This document shows, piece after piece, positions 27,028 through 38,600 of a stretch of DNA of 64,000 nucleotides. The stretch lies in assembly GCF_964355755.1 (NCBI RefSeq), contig NC_092675.1:24028912-24092911 (forward strand), given 5' to 3'. Below the pieces are notes generated by a model, which saw only the letters and a list, made by a program, of their open reading frames with translations, did not search any database and was not told the origin of the DNA. Each line of letters begins with the position of its first letter. The stretch's first letter is position 1. Origin of the DNA: Antedon mediterranea (Eukaryota > Animalia > Echinodermata). The position numbers and the translations under genes are program-made.

Positions 27028-27805
27028 TTATGAGCAGGATGCCAACAGCAGTCATTTTCATGACCTATTAATTTTCTTCTCTCTTCTAAAATGCTTTTAT
27101 ACATTTGTTTATAGAAACAGTACACATTTTTTAGGCTAATCAATTTGAAAACAGTATTATAACAAAATCTCCATGCACAAACTGTAATAAATACTATGTT
27201 AGGTAGTAACACACTATCAGAGAAAGGTTTACAAAAATGTACCATTTCGAAGTACAGTATATATTGCATATTAAACGAATTGTGCTCTGTGAAAATGAGG
27301 TCCAAATTAAAATACAACTGGATAGATTTCGGCAAAATATGTAAACATTAACGGATTATCTCATCATTTTATTCATTTCTAGTACAGTTATGTTAACATA
27401 CTTTGATGATTTCTACTAAATAATAGAACATATCCATTGTGCAAGCAACACACAACACTCATATTTTAAAAGAATTACGATGGAAGGCCTAGTCTTGAAA
27501 ATAGCATTTTTAGTGTTTGATTACAAAAAAAATTTAATAAAAAATCACTCTTCCCTGATTAAATTTACAATTTTTGTCTAATAATAATAATAATATTAAT
27601 TATTGTTAGTAATTAAATTGCTTACGTTTCTCAATACACTTTTCTTAATGTTTTGTTTGAAGCTAATATGAAGAAGTAAGGTTCTTGACGCATGTGCAGA
27701 TCAATTTGTTTAAAAAGTGGGTGGTCGTTCTTGCACATTGTATGTTGGGATATGTTAAGGTTTCCATGTTCTGCCGAAAACTATTATCTAGTATGATTCT
27801 ATGTT

Positions 27806-29200
27806 TTACAAATGTGTTATATTTGGTTTGGAGTCTTTCCTTTGATTTTGTCTTACAGCTCTACCAGGTAGTCCATGCGACTCATCGTCTTGCTGATTCT
27901 TCTGAGAGCTTGATGATGTAAGAGAATTTGTTCTCCTTGGCAATGGTGGAGGGATTAACTCTGGCAAAGGTGGGCAATTCCGTGCCAACTGCCTTGCAGA
28001 CAGTCTTCGTGGGTTTTCACTAATACTCAAATCACTCATTTTCCCATCTAGATTCAAGGGTGGAACCATTGGTGTTGGTAGTGGTTCAGTTCGTCTGTCA
28101 TTTAAATATGTATGATGAGCCACATTGCCGACAGTGTCATACAAGGATGGCGTTGGCAGTTCTACCTCCTCTTTTGTAAACGTACGTCCAGATCTTTTTT
28201 TAGCATTTCTTGAAATCTTTCTAGTTGGTGGTAGATTAGTATTTGTTGTCTCAGTATCGACTGAGACAATATTGCCTTGTACACTAGACCCATAGTTTTC
28301 TGCTCTATGGTTTTCATACTGTAATGCACCAACATTTTCACTTGATAATGAGTCTGTTCTACTACTGCGAGTTGATGTCATGCTTGCATAGCCACTAGAA
28401 GCACGATCCCACTCTGGAGTGGAGTTAATGTAACTTCGAGGGGGTGAATCATTGCTTACAGGGTGAAAGGTATGCGAGCTAAGTTCATTTGCTGGGTTAC
28501 TGATTGTTAAGTATTCTGGTTGTTCATTTTCATTTGTGTTAGTAAACTGTAGTGAGCTGGCATACACAGGATCTTCAGATGCACTATCCTCTTTTATGTC
28601 GACAGCTTGTGTCTTCCTTACTTGAGGTGCTGTATTTGATTTCTTATCCTCTCCATCACACGAACTACGTTTTTGGTCTGGTTTAGCTGTTTTCTGCATC
28701 TTTAACCCAGCTACACCCTTTTTCGGAGCACATATTAAGTCGCGTTTAATAATTCTCTGCCTTGTGGGATCATTGCGTCTCATCTGTACCATATTCTCAA
28801 AGTCAATAACATAAAGGAATCCAGCAATGAGAATCTCTACAGATTCTTGTTCTTTAGAGTACGCCGTTTCCAGTTCTTCATTTGTGCGTTCATCGTACTG
28901 CCACCAACCATTTCTACCCTCGTAATACCATGAATATTTTTCTTCACGTTCAGATGACTCGTTCTCATTACTTTGTTGTAGTTCCTTACTAATTTTCACT
29001 AGCCGTGGGTGATTGAAGTAGTCCATAGGTATCTCCTTGCGACACAAAGCACAGCGTTTACTTCTGTTGGCTGCTCCTTTCACACATAGAAAACAGAAGA
29101 TATGACGACAAGGCAATTGCACTGGATAGATACATGTTTGGAGACACACAGAGCATTCCAAAGGATTATCAGCAGAATTTGCATCACTTTTGGTAGTCAT
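27806..29200 (-). CDS. RNF146: PAR-dependent E3 ubiquitin ligase RNF146/Iduna (464 aa, single coding exon)
   Basis: N-terminal C3HC4 RING ([27 protein letters not shown]...CALCR), then a WWE domain ([16 protein letters not shown]...[31 protein letters not shown]) and [10 protein letters not shown] splice acceptor lies 17 nt upstream of the ATG. Confidence 0.97.
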   Translation of the reverse strand: MTTKSDANSADNPLECSVCLQTCIYPVQLPCRHIFCFLCVKGAANRSKRCALCRKEIPMDYFNHPRLVKISKELQQSNENESSEREEKYSWYYEGRNGWWQYDERTNEELETAYSKEQESVEILIAGFLYVIDFENMVQMRRNDPTRQRIIKRDLICAPKKGVAGLKMQKTAKPDQKRSSCDGEDKKSNTAPQVRKTQAVDIKEDSASEDPVYASSLQFTNTNENEQPEYLTISNPANELSSHTFHPVSNDSPPRSYINSTPEWDRASSGYASMTSTRSSRTDSLSSENVGALQYENHRAENYGSSVQGNIVSVDTETTNTNLPPTRKISRNAKKRSGRTFTKEEVELPTPSLYDTVGNVAHHTYLNDRRTEPLPTPMVPPLNLDGKMSDLSISENPRRLSARQLARNCPPLPELIPPPLPRRTNSLTSSSSQKNQQDDESHGLPGRAVRQNQRKDSKPNITHL

Positions 29201-29288
29201 CTTGGACTTGTGTAATTCTATTAAAAATAAAATAATAATTAAATTAATTCTACAGCCCTAAAGTTTCAAATAACTTTTATAGTGTGTA

Positions 29289-30966
29289 TATATGTTATGC
29301 GCGATTTGAACGATTTGCGCAATTTGAAATTGCGCAAAAAAATCCTTGCGCAATTTGAAATTGCGCAAAGAATTCTTGCGCAATTTAAAATTGCGCAAGG
29401 ATTTTTTTGCGCAATTTCAAATTGCGCACTCAACTTGCGCAATTTGAAATTGCGCAAGAAAATCTTTGCGCAATTTTAAATTGCGCTGCACAATTTGTAA
29501 ATTGCGCAAGATAGTTCTTGCGCAAAATGACACCTTTGCGCAATTTGAAAACGAACTGTAAATTTTCAAATTGCGCAACAAAATTCTACCAGACAATCGG
29601 TATTATAATAATTTATTGGAAACTAAATAACTCAAAATAAAACATAATAAATGCGAAGATAACATGTGTATAATAAATACATAACATTTATTATTACAAT
29701 TAAATAATATTATCACTGTAACTTGAAATAAATCAAAATAAATGTAAAAATTAAGTTTTTAATATTAGTTTAAGCTAGGCCATGTAACCTAGTCAGTATC
29801 AGTAGTCCAGACCCTAGCTAGGCTAGAGTAGTATAGCCGGCCGCCCGCGCCGCGCCCGCCTGGTGGAACACCACCGCTTCGTTTTCCTTCGTCGGTTCTT
29901 CGACGGTATGCTAACTTATAACAATATTTGCACTACTAAAATAAGGAAATGCGATATTTATCTTTAATTTTGAATCATTCTTAGAAATTACTATAAAAAT
30001 ACGCCGTGGCTAAAGATACGGTACCGTATTCTAACTTCTGTTTACTAAAGGTACGGTAAAATTGCATTACGTCATAGCCAACCAATGGGGTGCTGGTACA
30101 TGTATGACGTCATCGTATAAGGACTTTGGATTTTTTTTCATATCGCGTCTCTGTTGTTTTGTGTAGAGAATTCCTATCGGCGGCGCCAGGCTGCGTGGGT
30201 GTGTGTGCGCTGCAGATGAGGGTTTTATTTTTATTCCAAATGGCCTATTTATGCCTATATTTTTTATTAAACTTTGTTTACAATGGTGACCATAAACAAC
30301 AAGCAAATGCAGACAATAAAGGGGCCCTCAAATACTATGATTTTGACAGTAGCCCCAGGCTAACGAGTCACAGAAATCAGCGCACACATGCAGCTGGCCC
30401 CAGCCTGGCATCGCTTTCCCTACACAAACAAACTCATATAATGAGGTTATAGTAGGCGTAGTAGGCCTAGCCTAGGCCTCTTTTGAAACGGTTTTCTGTA
30501 TTCTAGAATTAAAATCAACATGTTTTGGCTTTTCAATAATAATAACAGACGTAGGCTACATTTAGTTTTTGTCACACACGATGGCGATAATAGCGATAAA
30601 TAAAGCATAAAGAAAATGCGGTTGATCACTGTTTTCGCGATATGAAAAAAATCCACAAAGTCCTTATACGATGACGTCACACATGTCCCAGCACCCCATT
30701 GGCTGGTTATGACGTAATGCAATTTTACCGTACCTTTAGTAAACAGAAGTTAGAATACGGTACCGTATCTTTAGCCACGGCGATAAAAATATGGGTGTGC
30801 ATGATTTCACAATCTGTCGAAAAACCTTGCGCAATTTGCAGATTACTTGCACAATTTAATACGTTGCTTGCGCAATTTGAAACACATGTTTCAATTCAAA
30901 TTGCGCAAGGATTTTTTTTGCGCAATTTCAAATTGCGCAAATCGTTCAAATCGCGCATAACATATA
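29289..30966. mobile_element. TIR element with TTGCGCAA subterminal repeat arrays
   Basis: Left end tatatgttatgcgcgatttgaacgatttgcgcaatttgaaattgcgcaaaaaaatccttgcgcaattt is mirrored at ~30898-30966. About 15 TTGCGCAA-type palindromes lie in 29306-29578. Confidence 0.85.
30002..30782. mobile_element. Mutator-like non-autonomous element nested in the previous element
   Basis: ~145-bp TIRs (cgccgtggctaaagatacggtaccgtattctaac... / ...gttagaatacggtaccgtatctttagccacggcg) with a perfect 9-bp flanking duplication ATAAAAATA at 29993-30001 and 30783-30791. Confidence 0.88.
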
Positions 30967-30968
30967 CG

Positions 30969-32150
30969 CAGGGATGTCACCAGCTTTTTGGAGTGCAGGT
31001 CGGCAAATTCCGCCCGGGGGGGGGGGGGGGGTACACCCCCGGGGGGTATACCCCCGGGGGTTGTCGTTATTTTAGCGAAACATAAAGAATTATGAAAATA
31101 AATAACAACAAATTGCGTCAGGTCTAGACCTAACCTTGTACCACCGGGGAGTCGCCGTTAATATTCGCGAAAACAAAAAAACGCATACGAAATGAATAGC
31201 AATAGATCGCGTCAGGCTTAGGCCTAGCCTTGGTAGACACTACGACCACTACTAGGCCTAGCCAAGGCTTAGATAGATGCCCCAAAATCTGAATTCCACA
31301 AAAACAGGCGCTTCCTTATTTAGGCCTAATCCCTAATCAAATACTGTAGATAAATTATTAGCCTAGACCTTAATACTACTTGTTGCTCGATATAATGTTC
31401 GTGTTCTTTTGCGCGAGAGTTTTTTAGCGTATTCGCGAATTCCGGATTTTTTGTTTCACAACTGTGCGGCAAGCATGTAGTGCATGGCCGGCAAGAACAG
31501 ACACGTGTTTATCCAGGGACGTGTAATTATTGTACCATGCTCGACGATCATTAACGAACGAAATTGCCGGGTCTCACTGAACCATGCGCATGTTTTTTTA
31601 TTTTTTTTAATAGTTCGTAGAGTACAAAAATGTAAAACTAGTAACATAATATAATTAAAGCAGGGTGACAAAACATTCAGCAATTACAAATTATTTTGTT
31701 TGGGTCTATGTAGTTGTACATTTTTAATTACTGCGTACTTGTTTGTATTTTTAATCTGTGCAAAATAAAACGCTTGAATGGTCGCTTTGTGAACTTTAAA
31801 CTTGTACACTGTGCTGTGTAGCACGTTGTTCGCCATGACTCACAAGCTGTAACAATGAATACCAGGGCAGGGTAGGCCTGGTATTGTGTTACAAATAAAG
31901 TAACGTACGTAACCACGGAAACATTTGCTGTAGTCTTTTGTCTTATCTATATGAATGAGGCTAGCTTGTCTGTAATTAACGATGTGCTAGGTAAAATGTT
32001 TCAGTACGAATTTTAGTAAGGCCTAGGCCTAATATAAATATCGTAATGATTAATAAATAATAGTGGTGGTCGGCAGCCTGTAAATCCTGGTCGGAAATGT
32101 TGAGTGCTGGTCGGGGCCGACCAGCGCCGACCAGCGTGGTGACATCCCTG
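30969..32150. mobile_element. Non-autonomous element with CAGGGATGTCACCA TIRs (hAT-like ends)
   Basis: cagggatgtcacca at 30969 and tggtgacatccctg ending at 32150, flanked by the direct repeat TATACG. Confidence 0.75.
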
Positions 32151-32489
32151 TATACGTATACCTAGGCATAGTTTCTGTCTTTGAAAGGAAAGAGCTGATT
32201 CCTGTGTGACAGCAGGGTGCAGCAACAGTGACTGACTGAAAGCTACACTATAGGCCTAGGCAGCTATATTGTCTAGCTAGCCTACTACTACTGGCTAGGA
32301 ATCACCCTGGCTAGCTAGGCTAGAGAGGCCTAGATTAGAGAGCAGACAGCAGTGACCTGTTTTGATCAATCTGATGAGTATGTGGCGATACCCAAACTGT
32401 ATGCAAAACTAGAGAACATCTGATTAGGACAAATTAATATGCAAACACTTTAAAACGGTATGTCGTTTATAAAATGTACAATATTTACC

Positions 32490-32663
32490 GTAAAAACTTT
32501 ACCAGGTTTCCAGTCTTTTTTTCATGTCAAAACAATCACAGGAAACAACAATTTCTTTTGTACCCCCTCTACGGTGTATTGAAAACCGTACAAAATTTAT
32601 TTCACAACCGCCCTCTATAATTATTTTTTTCGTCGCTCTTTTTTTTTTCTTTCTACCGGCATC
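32490..32663. promoter_or_regulatory. Putative bidirectional promoter RNF146/eIF3E, with a polypyrimidine (TCT/TOP-like) start for eIF3E
   Basis: Minus-strand donor candidates at ~32488 and ~32502 for an RNF146 non-coding exon. The run ctcttttttttttctttct (32636-32654) lies just before the eIF3E ATG. Confidence 0.6.
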
Positions 32664-35600
32664 ATGGCGGAATACGACCTGACTTCAAAAATTGGTCAAT
32701 ATTTAGATCGACATTTGGTGTTTCCCCTTTTGGAATTTTTGTCAGTAAAGGAGGTAAACTGCTATAACTATACTTGATTAAACAATGGTCTTAATTGTAT
32801 GTATTTTAGGTGATTAATACAATGAAAACAAGCAATCATCTGGATGAGTTGTACACATCATGCATGGAAATGCATGATTGATTAGAAAGCATGTAGGCTA
32901 GCCTATAGGCCTGGGATGACATGTGTTTTTTTTTTGTGTGGAGACGATTCGGCCCAGCCAGGGATGTTTCGGCCCATTTAGGAAGTTAGCTGTTCTTGGT
33001 AGGACGGCGCCATATAAAAACCTTAATAATATATAAACCTCCTTCATGATGGAAATAGACCTATTATATGTACCTACCCTACTAGACTTTTCTGCCTATC
33101 TATTGTATTAGGGCCTACTGTTTTTTAATGGGTTTTTTAACCATTATTTTAACCAGCAATTTTTATTATCAGTTAATAAAAACTGCCAAGAAATTGGACT
33201 CCTAATTTGTTCGCACAGTTAATAATTGTTTATTTTTTTCGCAGGATAAACAGGACATTTTTAGTTTTATCTTTCATTAATTATCAAATAATTAATCTTT
33301 ATAGATTTACGATGAAAAGGAAATGCTTCAAGGAAAAATTGATTTGCTAAGCAACACTAACATGGTAAAACTTCGCTTTACATTAAGCCGATTTTCCACT
33401 AGGCGAATTTGTTCGCGCGAATCGAACGCGCCAGTTTGTACGCATGTGTATTCATGTTTACGTCTTCCAAATCCTTCTCTACGCATGCGTATTAGCTGAC
33501 GCCTTCGATTCGCGCGAACAAATTCGCCTAGTGGAAAATCGGCTTTACATTATTTTGTCTTTTATTAAATTCTAAATTATAACAATAAACAATAAATGGA
33601 GTGCTGGATAAACACTCTTTGCATAATTTGATCTGCAATTTACAAAGCAGTTTGATGCAATTTGATAGTTTAATATTAATTTTGTGTTATTTGAGTGAAA
33701 TGAATATCATTCGGAATGATCACACTTTTTTTTTGTAGGTGGATTTTGCAATGGATGTGTTCAAGCAATTGAATACAGAGGTAGAGGTACCACCTAGTGA
33801 GTAGTAACGCTTTCTAAAACCAGAAACCCAGAATATTGCTAATATGTTGTCAGTACATTTAATTAGTTTTTTTTATAAATCCAGCATTAAGATATCTACA
33901 ATAGTACAAACCATTTTCACCCATCATCAACATATTAAAATTGATGATATTTAAAAAGTCTGGTATATTTTTGCTGTATCTTTAAATGTTTTGATAAAAT
34001 TGCTTTTATCTACTGAAAACACCTCTCTTACACAACCTTGAAAAGATAGCCTTCTATAACATATTTCTCTTTTTCTTTAGAGCTGCGTGAAAAAAGGACA
34101 GAAGTTGTTTCTCAACTGAAGAGGCTTCAATCCCAAATTGACCCAATTGTTAAAATTTTCCTTGACCCTGAGGTCAGCAAGCAAGTCCAGTCTACAAGGG
34201 ATGGACAACAGCTATTTGAATACCTGAAAAATGAACACAGTGTAAGATCTTTTTTTTTTGCTTATTTCTATAAAAAGTGTCCATTTCATTTGTAAAACTC
34301 AATTAATTAATGTAAAAAATGGTAGATTGTTGCACTAAATACTTTAAAATATTACTAAAATAGTACCAGCTTACTCATGTTAGAGAAGAAACAAATGGCT
34401 TCTTTAAATTGTATTGTTTCAAGGTGAGAACCATGGGGAATTTTTTATAAATGTTTTGAATATTTCTGGGTGGTACACAACCAACAGTGACATGCTGAGC
34501 TAAGGGAGATCTGGAAACATCTTTTTAATAGGCTCATTATGTAGGCTAGGTCTCCTAACTAAATGCATCTATTTTTACTCGGGGTACCCGAGTCTAGGAC
34601 TCTCTCATCTTCTCCTCCATCCGACACTATTGAGTAAAAAGTGCGATTTATAAAGTACTACTCCTCCCTTATTCATTGTAATATTGAGCTGGGATTTGGC
34701 TTGAATATACTACAGGGACATGTTCTCAAAGCTATAGAGCTGGATTATATTTCAAACCGGATGCAGCCATATGACGTCTCGAAGATGGTACCGTATAGCC
34801 GTATTTGGTAGCGAGGTTATTGATGTGTATGTGACGTCACATCCCGTCTTATGACGTCATTACAGCTTCTTTTGTTGTACCCTGAGTATCGCACCTTCGT
34901 GCTTGTTCTTCTCTGTACCAGATATTCCCTCTCATTTCAAAATGTTGTTAAATATACTGACAATACTAACCAACCAAGCAACAACTTGCTTGGTTTTGGG
35001 AGAATTGACTGATTCTGTACTTGAATATTTGACCTCCATAATTATATTATATTTTGTTTGTTTTTAGTTTACTGCTGAGATGGTTGAGTTACTTTTCCAG
35101 TATGCCAAGTTTCAGTATGAATGTGGCAACTATTCTGCAGCTGCTGAATATTTGTATTTCCATAGAGTACTGGTAAGTATTGTGTGATTTTAAAACTAAA
35201 TCTGTATCCATGTTTTTTGTTATGAAAACTGAAAATGTGAATGTGCAAGTCGATGCAAATAATGAATGTTTATAGCATATTTTTATCAGTTGAAAGATAG
35301 CATGTCCATATATAGACCAGTACATCTTTCAACGAATTAAAATACTATATCCATTCCATAAATAAAATAAACCATTGTTTAAAAAAGCATTACACAGCAA
35401 AATTTAAATAATTAAGCTATGTATATGTGACTGTGTTACACACTACAATGCACAACAGTCAATATCGTTGTTATTTTAATAGAATTACATTAAGGTATAA
35501 TGAAATAAATTTTGTTTTCTTTCTTCATTAGGTGTCACCTAGCGACCCTTGCTTCATGAGCTCATTATGGGGAAAATTAGCATCTGAGATTTTAATGCAG

Positions 35601-38600
35601 AATTGGGAAGCTGCTCTTGAAGATCTAAAGAGATTGCGAAATACTATTGATTCAAATGTAAGGCTTCAAATAAAATTACCTGTTTGTGAGTGAGTGGAAA
35701 TGTAAGCTGGTGGTTGAAATTGATACAGCATTTATTGACTGTGTGTTCTGTAAAAGGGAAGTGTCACATTGTTACAGTGATTAAATTTGCTATGTTTAAT
35801 ATTTTGTTTTGTAGCAAGCATTTGTGTCACCTCTCCAACTGCTTCAGCAAAGAACATGGTTAATACATTGGAGTTTGTTTGTATTCTTCAACCATCCTGA
35901 AGGCAGAGATGACATCATTGATCTATTCCTATATCAACCTCAGTAAGAACACCTATAATTTGTATAAACGTTTAATTGTACTGTACATTACAGCTACGCA
36001 TAACCCTTTGTAGTCTATGCCCATGTAGATTGCAGTCCTACAAGGTATTATTATTACCTTCATTTCTCTACAAGTTGGATATATTTAACACTATACTTTG
36101 TAGTCTATGCCCATGTAGATTGCAGTCCTACAAGGTATTATTTTTACCTTCATTTCTCTACAAGTTGGATATATTTAACACTATACTTTGTAGTCTATGC
36201 CCATGTAGATTGCAGTCCTACAAGGTATTATTATTACCTTCATTTCTCTACAAGTTGGATATATTTTACACTATATTTTGTAGTCTACGCCTGTGTAGAT
36301 TTTAGTATTTTATTGTAATATCTACATGTCTCTACAAGTTCGATCATAGGGCTAATAAACAAACACCATTGTTTCCAGCATTTAAAACAAAAAAAATGCT
36401 GCAAATTGTAAATGCCTAAATGGTATTTATAATAATAGATAGTATTTTAGTATGTTTTAGCCTTATTATCAAAAACAAAAATGTTTGCTGATAAAGTTTC
36501 TTTACTACTTCTGCTTGTTTTTTTCTTAGTTACTTAAATGCTATACAGACCATGTGTCCGCACATTCTACGATACCTTACTACAGCTGTAATTACAAACA
36601 AGAAACGACGACAATACTTAAAAGATCTCATAAAGGTTATACAACAGGTAAGGTTGTCAATTATTTAAAACGGAAAAAGTATGGCTGATTTAGATAGTTA
36701 CTAGGATAACGCAGAATTGTAAACGTCTTCAATAGTATTAATTGTATAGTTGCTGAACTTTCTTTTTTGACCAATTTTTCACCTGTGTGTATTTTTTATT
36801 TAGTTAGTTCTATAACTTTACTAGGATAAGTACCCTAGTTCTGACAAGGCCTAGACTCGGCTGGTATCCCCATATACTTTGGTTTGGGTGCTGTAAAGAG
36901 ATTCCTCTTTCTCTTTCCCTTTTCACAGCCCTTCAAGACTTTGTTTTTTTACACTATACCAATTTATTATTATACAATAATAATATTTACTTTTGTAGGA
37001 GTCGTACACTTACAAAGATCCAATAACAGAGTTTGTTGAGTGTCTTTATGTTAATTTTGACTTTGATGGTGCTCAACAGAAGTTACGGGACTGCGAAATT
37101 GTAAGTATAAATGCAGGCTGGTTTAATGTGAATCGTGTACCCTGTTTCCGCAGTCGGTATGTGTCTTATGTCAGCCTAGCCTAAATATTATGGCTTTCAA
37201 ATTTGATGCGCTCACCATTATAATGTTTTTTGTTTTATTAGGTGCTTGCAAATGACTTTTTCTTAGTTGCTTGTCTGGAAGATTTCATTGAAAACGCCAG
37301 ATACTTTATTTTCGAAACATTCTGTCGCATTCACAACTGCATCAGCATAAGGTAAAGTCTTTATACATTGATTTCCAAAGTGGATCAGTGTATACAAAAT
37401 ATATGTTTATTCTTTGTTAATTTTAGTAGTTAATCATAGTTATTGTGGATTGATAATCTTGCACTCTGTTTAAACAGTTGTTTTTATTTGTAACATTGTC
37501 CACTACACTTTGGGACCGTTATCATAAATCCCACTATTAATATGAATCTATTATTATACATTAAAGCTTGGTTCCCATGGGGATGTAAGTGTAATGCAAG
37601 TAATTTATTTATTCCAACTGTTGGTTGTCATTGGTCAACTTACTTGCGCTTAAGTCCTTTCGTTACATTCTAGTGGGAACCAAGCTTAAAGGCACCGTTT
37701 CTACACACAACCAATGTTGAATAATTATTGGTATTTTTTTTCAATGATTTTTGATTTTGGGATTTTCAGCACAAGATAGTATACCTCACATCTGACACTA
37801 TTAATTGTACTGTTGTGCACAGCTTAAAACCCCAATATAGAAAAGTTATTAATTTTGTTGATATTTATCCATTTTAATTGGCTCATATTAATGTATTAAT
37901 TAATTTATTTACAAACAACAAATTATACATACGTCAAGTATAAATAAATAGAACAAAAGTTGTACGGAAGAAGAATATTTTTCTTCTTCTTCTTTATTGT
38001 ATCAAACAAAAACAATTTCCAATACAAAAGGTAGCCAAGGTATAGCCGAAGCTAATCAAGCTTGGTACCTTTTATCTTAACTAACTTAAGCTACGAAATT
38101 AACAAATAAATAACAGAACTTAAAAGAAAATAAAAATTTGATAACGTCAAAAACAAAACAAAAAATGTTGAATAATAAATAAATAACATAACATAAAGTC
38201 CTGTATGTACTATACTGTAAGTATGTAAGTAGTGTACTAAGTTAAAAGAGATATTTATTAATTGTTATCTTGTTCCATTACAACAAAAGGTAAATAAATG
38301 TTACTTTGAACTTTGTTTTCAGTATGCTGGCAGAGAAATTAAACATGAATCCGGATGAAGCTGAGAGATGGATTGTAGAACTGATTAGAAATGATGTCAG
38401 ATTGGATGCCAAGATTGATTCTAAATTAGTGAGTGATTAATATATGATGATATTACAACTTTAAATACCTTCGAACCTCCTTTAAGTCTGTTGAAGTAAT
38501 TTGCGTTGAGGCGGCCTCATTCAACGATTTCACAGGAAAAAGGACATTCAGGATTTACGTCAAAATATTTTGGATCACTGAAATGTTAATGGCTGATAAC

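Noticed and set aside
26835-27335. 166-aa minus-strand ORF
   Set aside because: It runs from RNF146 3' flank sequence into a MITE and has no recognisable domain.
29266-31085. Several ORFs with LRNFKLRK repeats
   Set aside because: They are translations of TTGCGCAA repeat arrays and TIRs, with no transposase motifs.
35976-36305. 109-aa repetitive Cys/Leu ORF
   Set aside because: It is a by-product of a 90-bp tandem repeat in an eIF3E intron, with no splice or homology support.
35658-37241. Possible intronic snoRNAs in short eIF3E introns (hairpin-like 35675-35780 and 37114-37178)
   Set aside because: Box motifs and stems are too weak to call by eye. An Infernal/Rfam or snoReport run would be needed.
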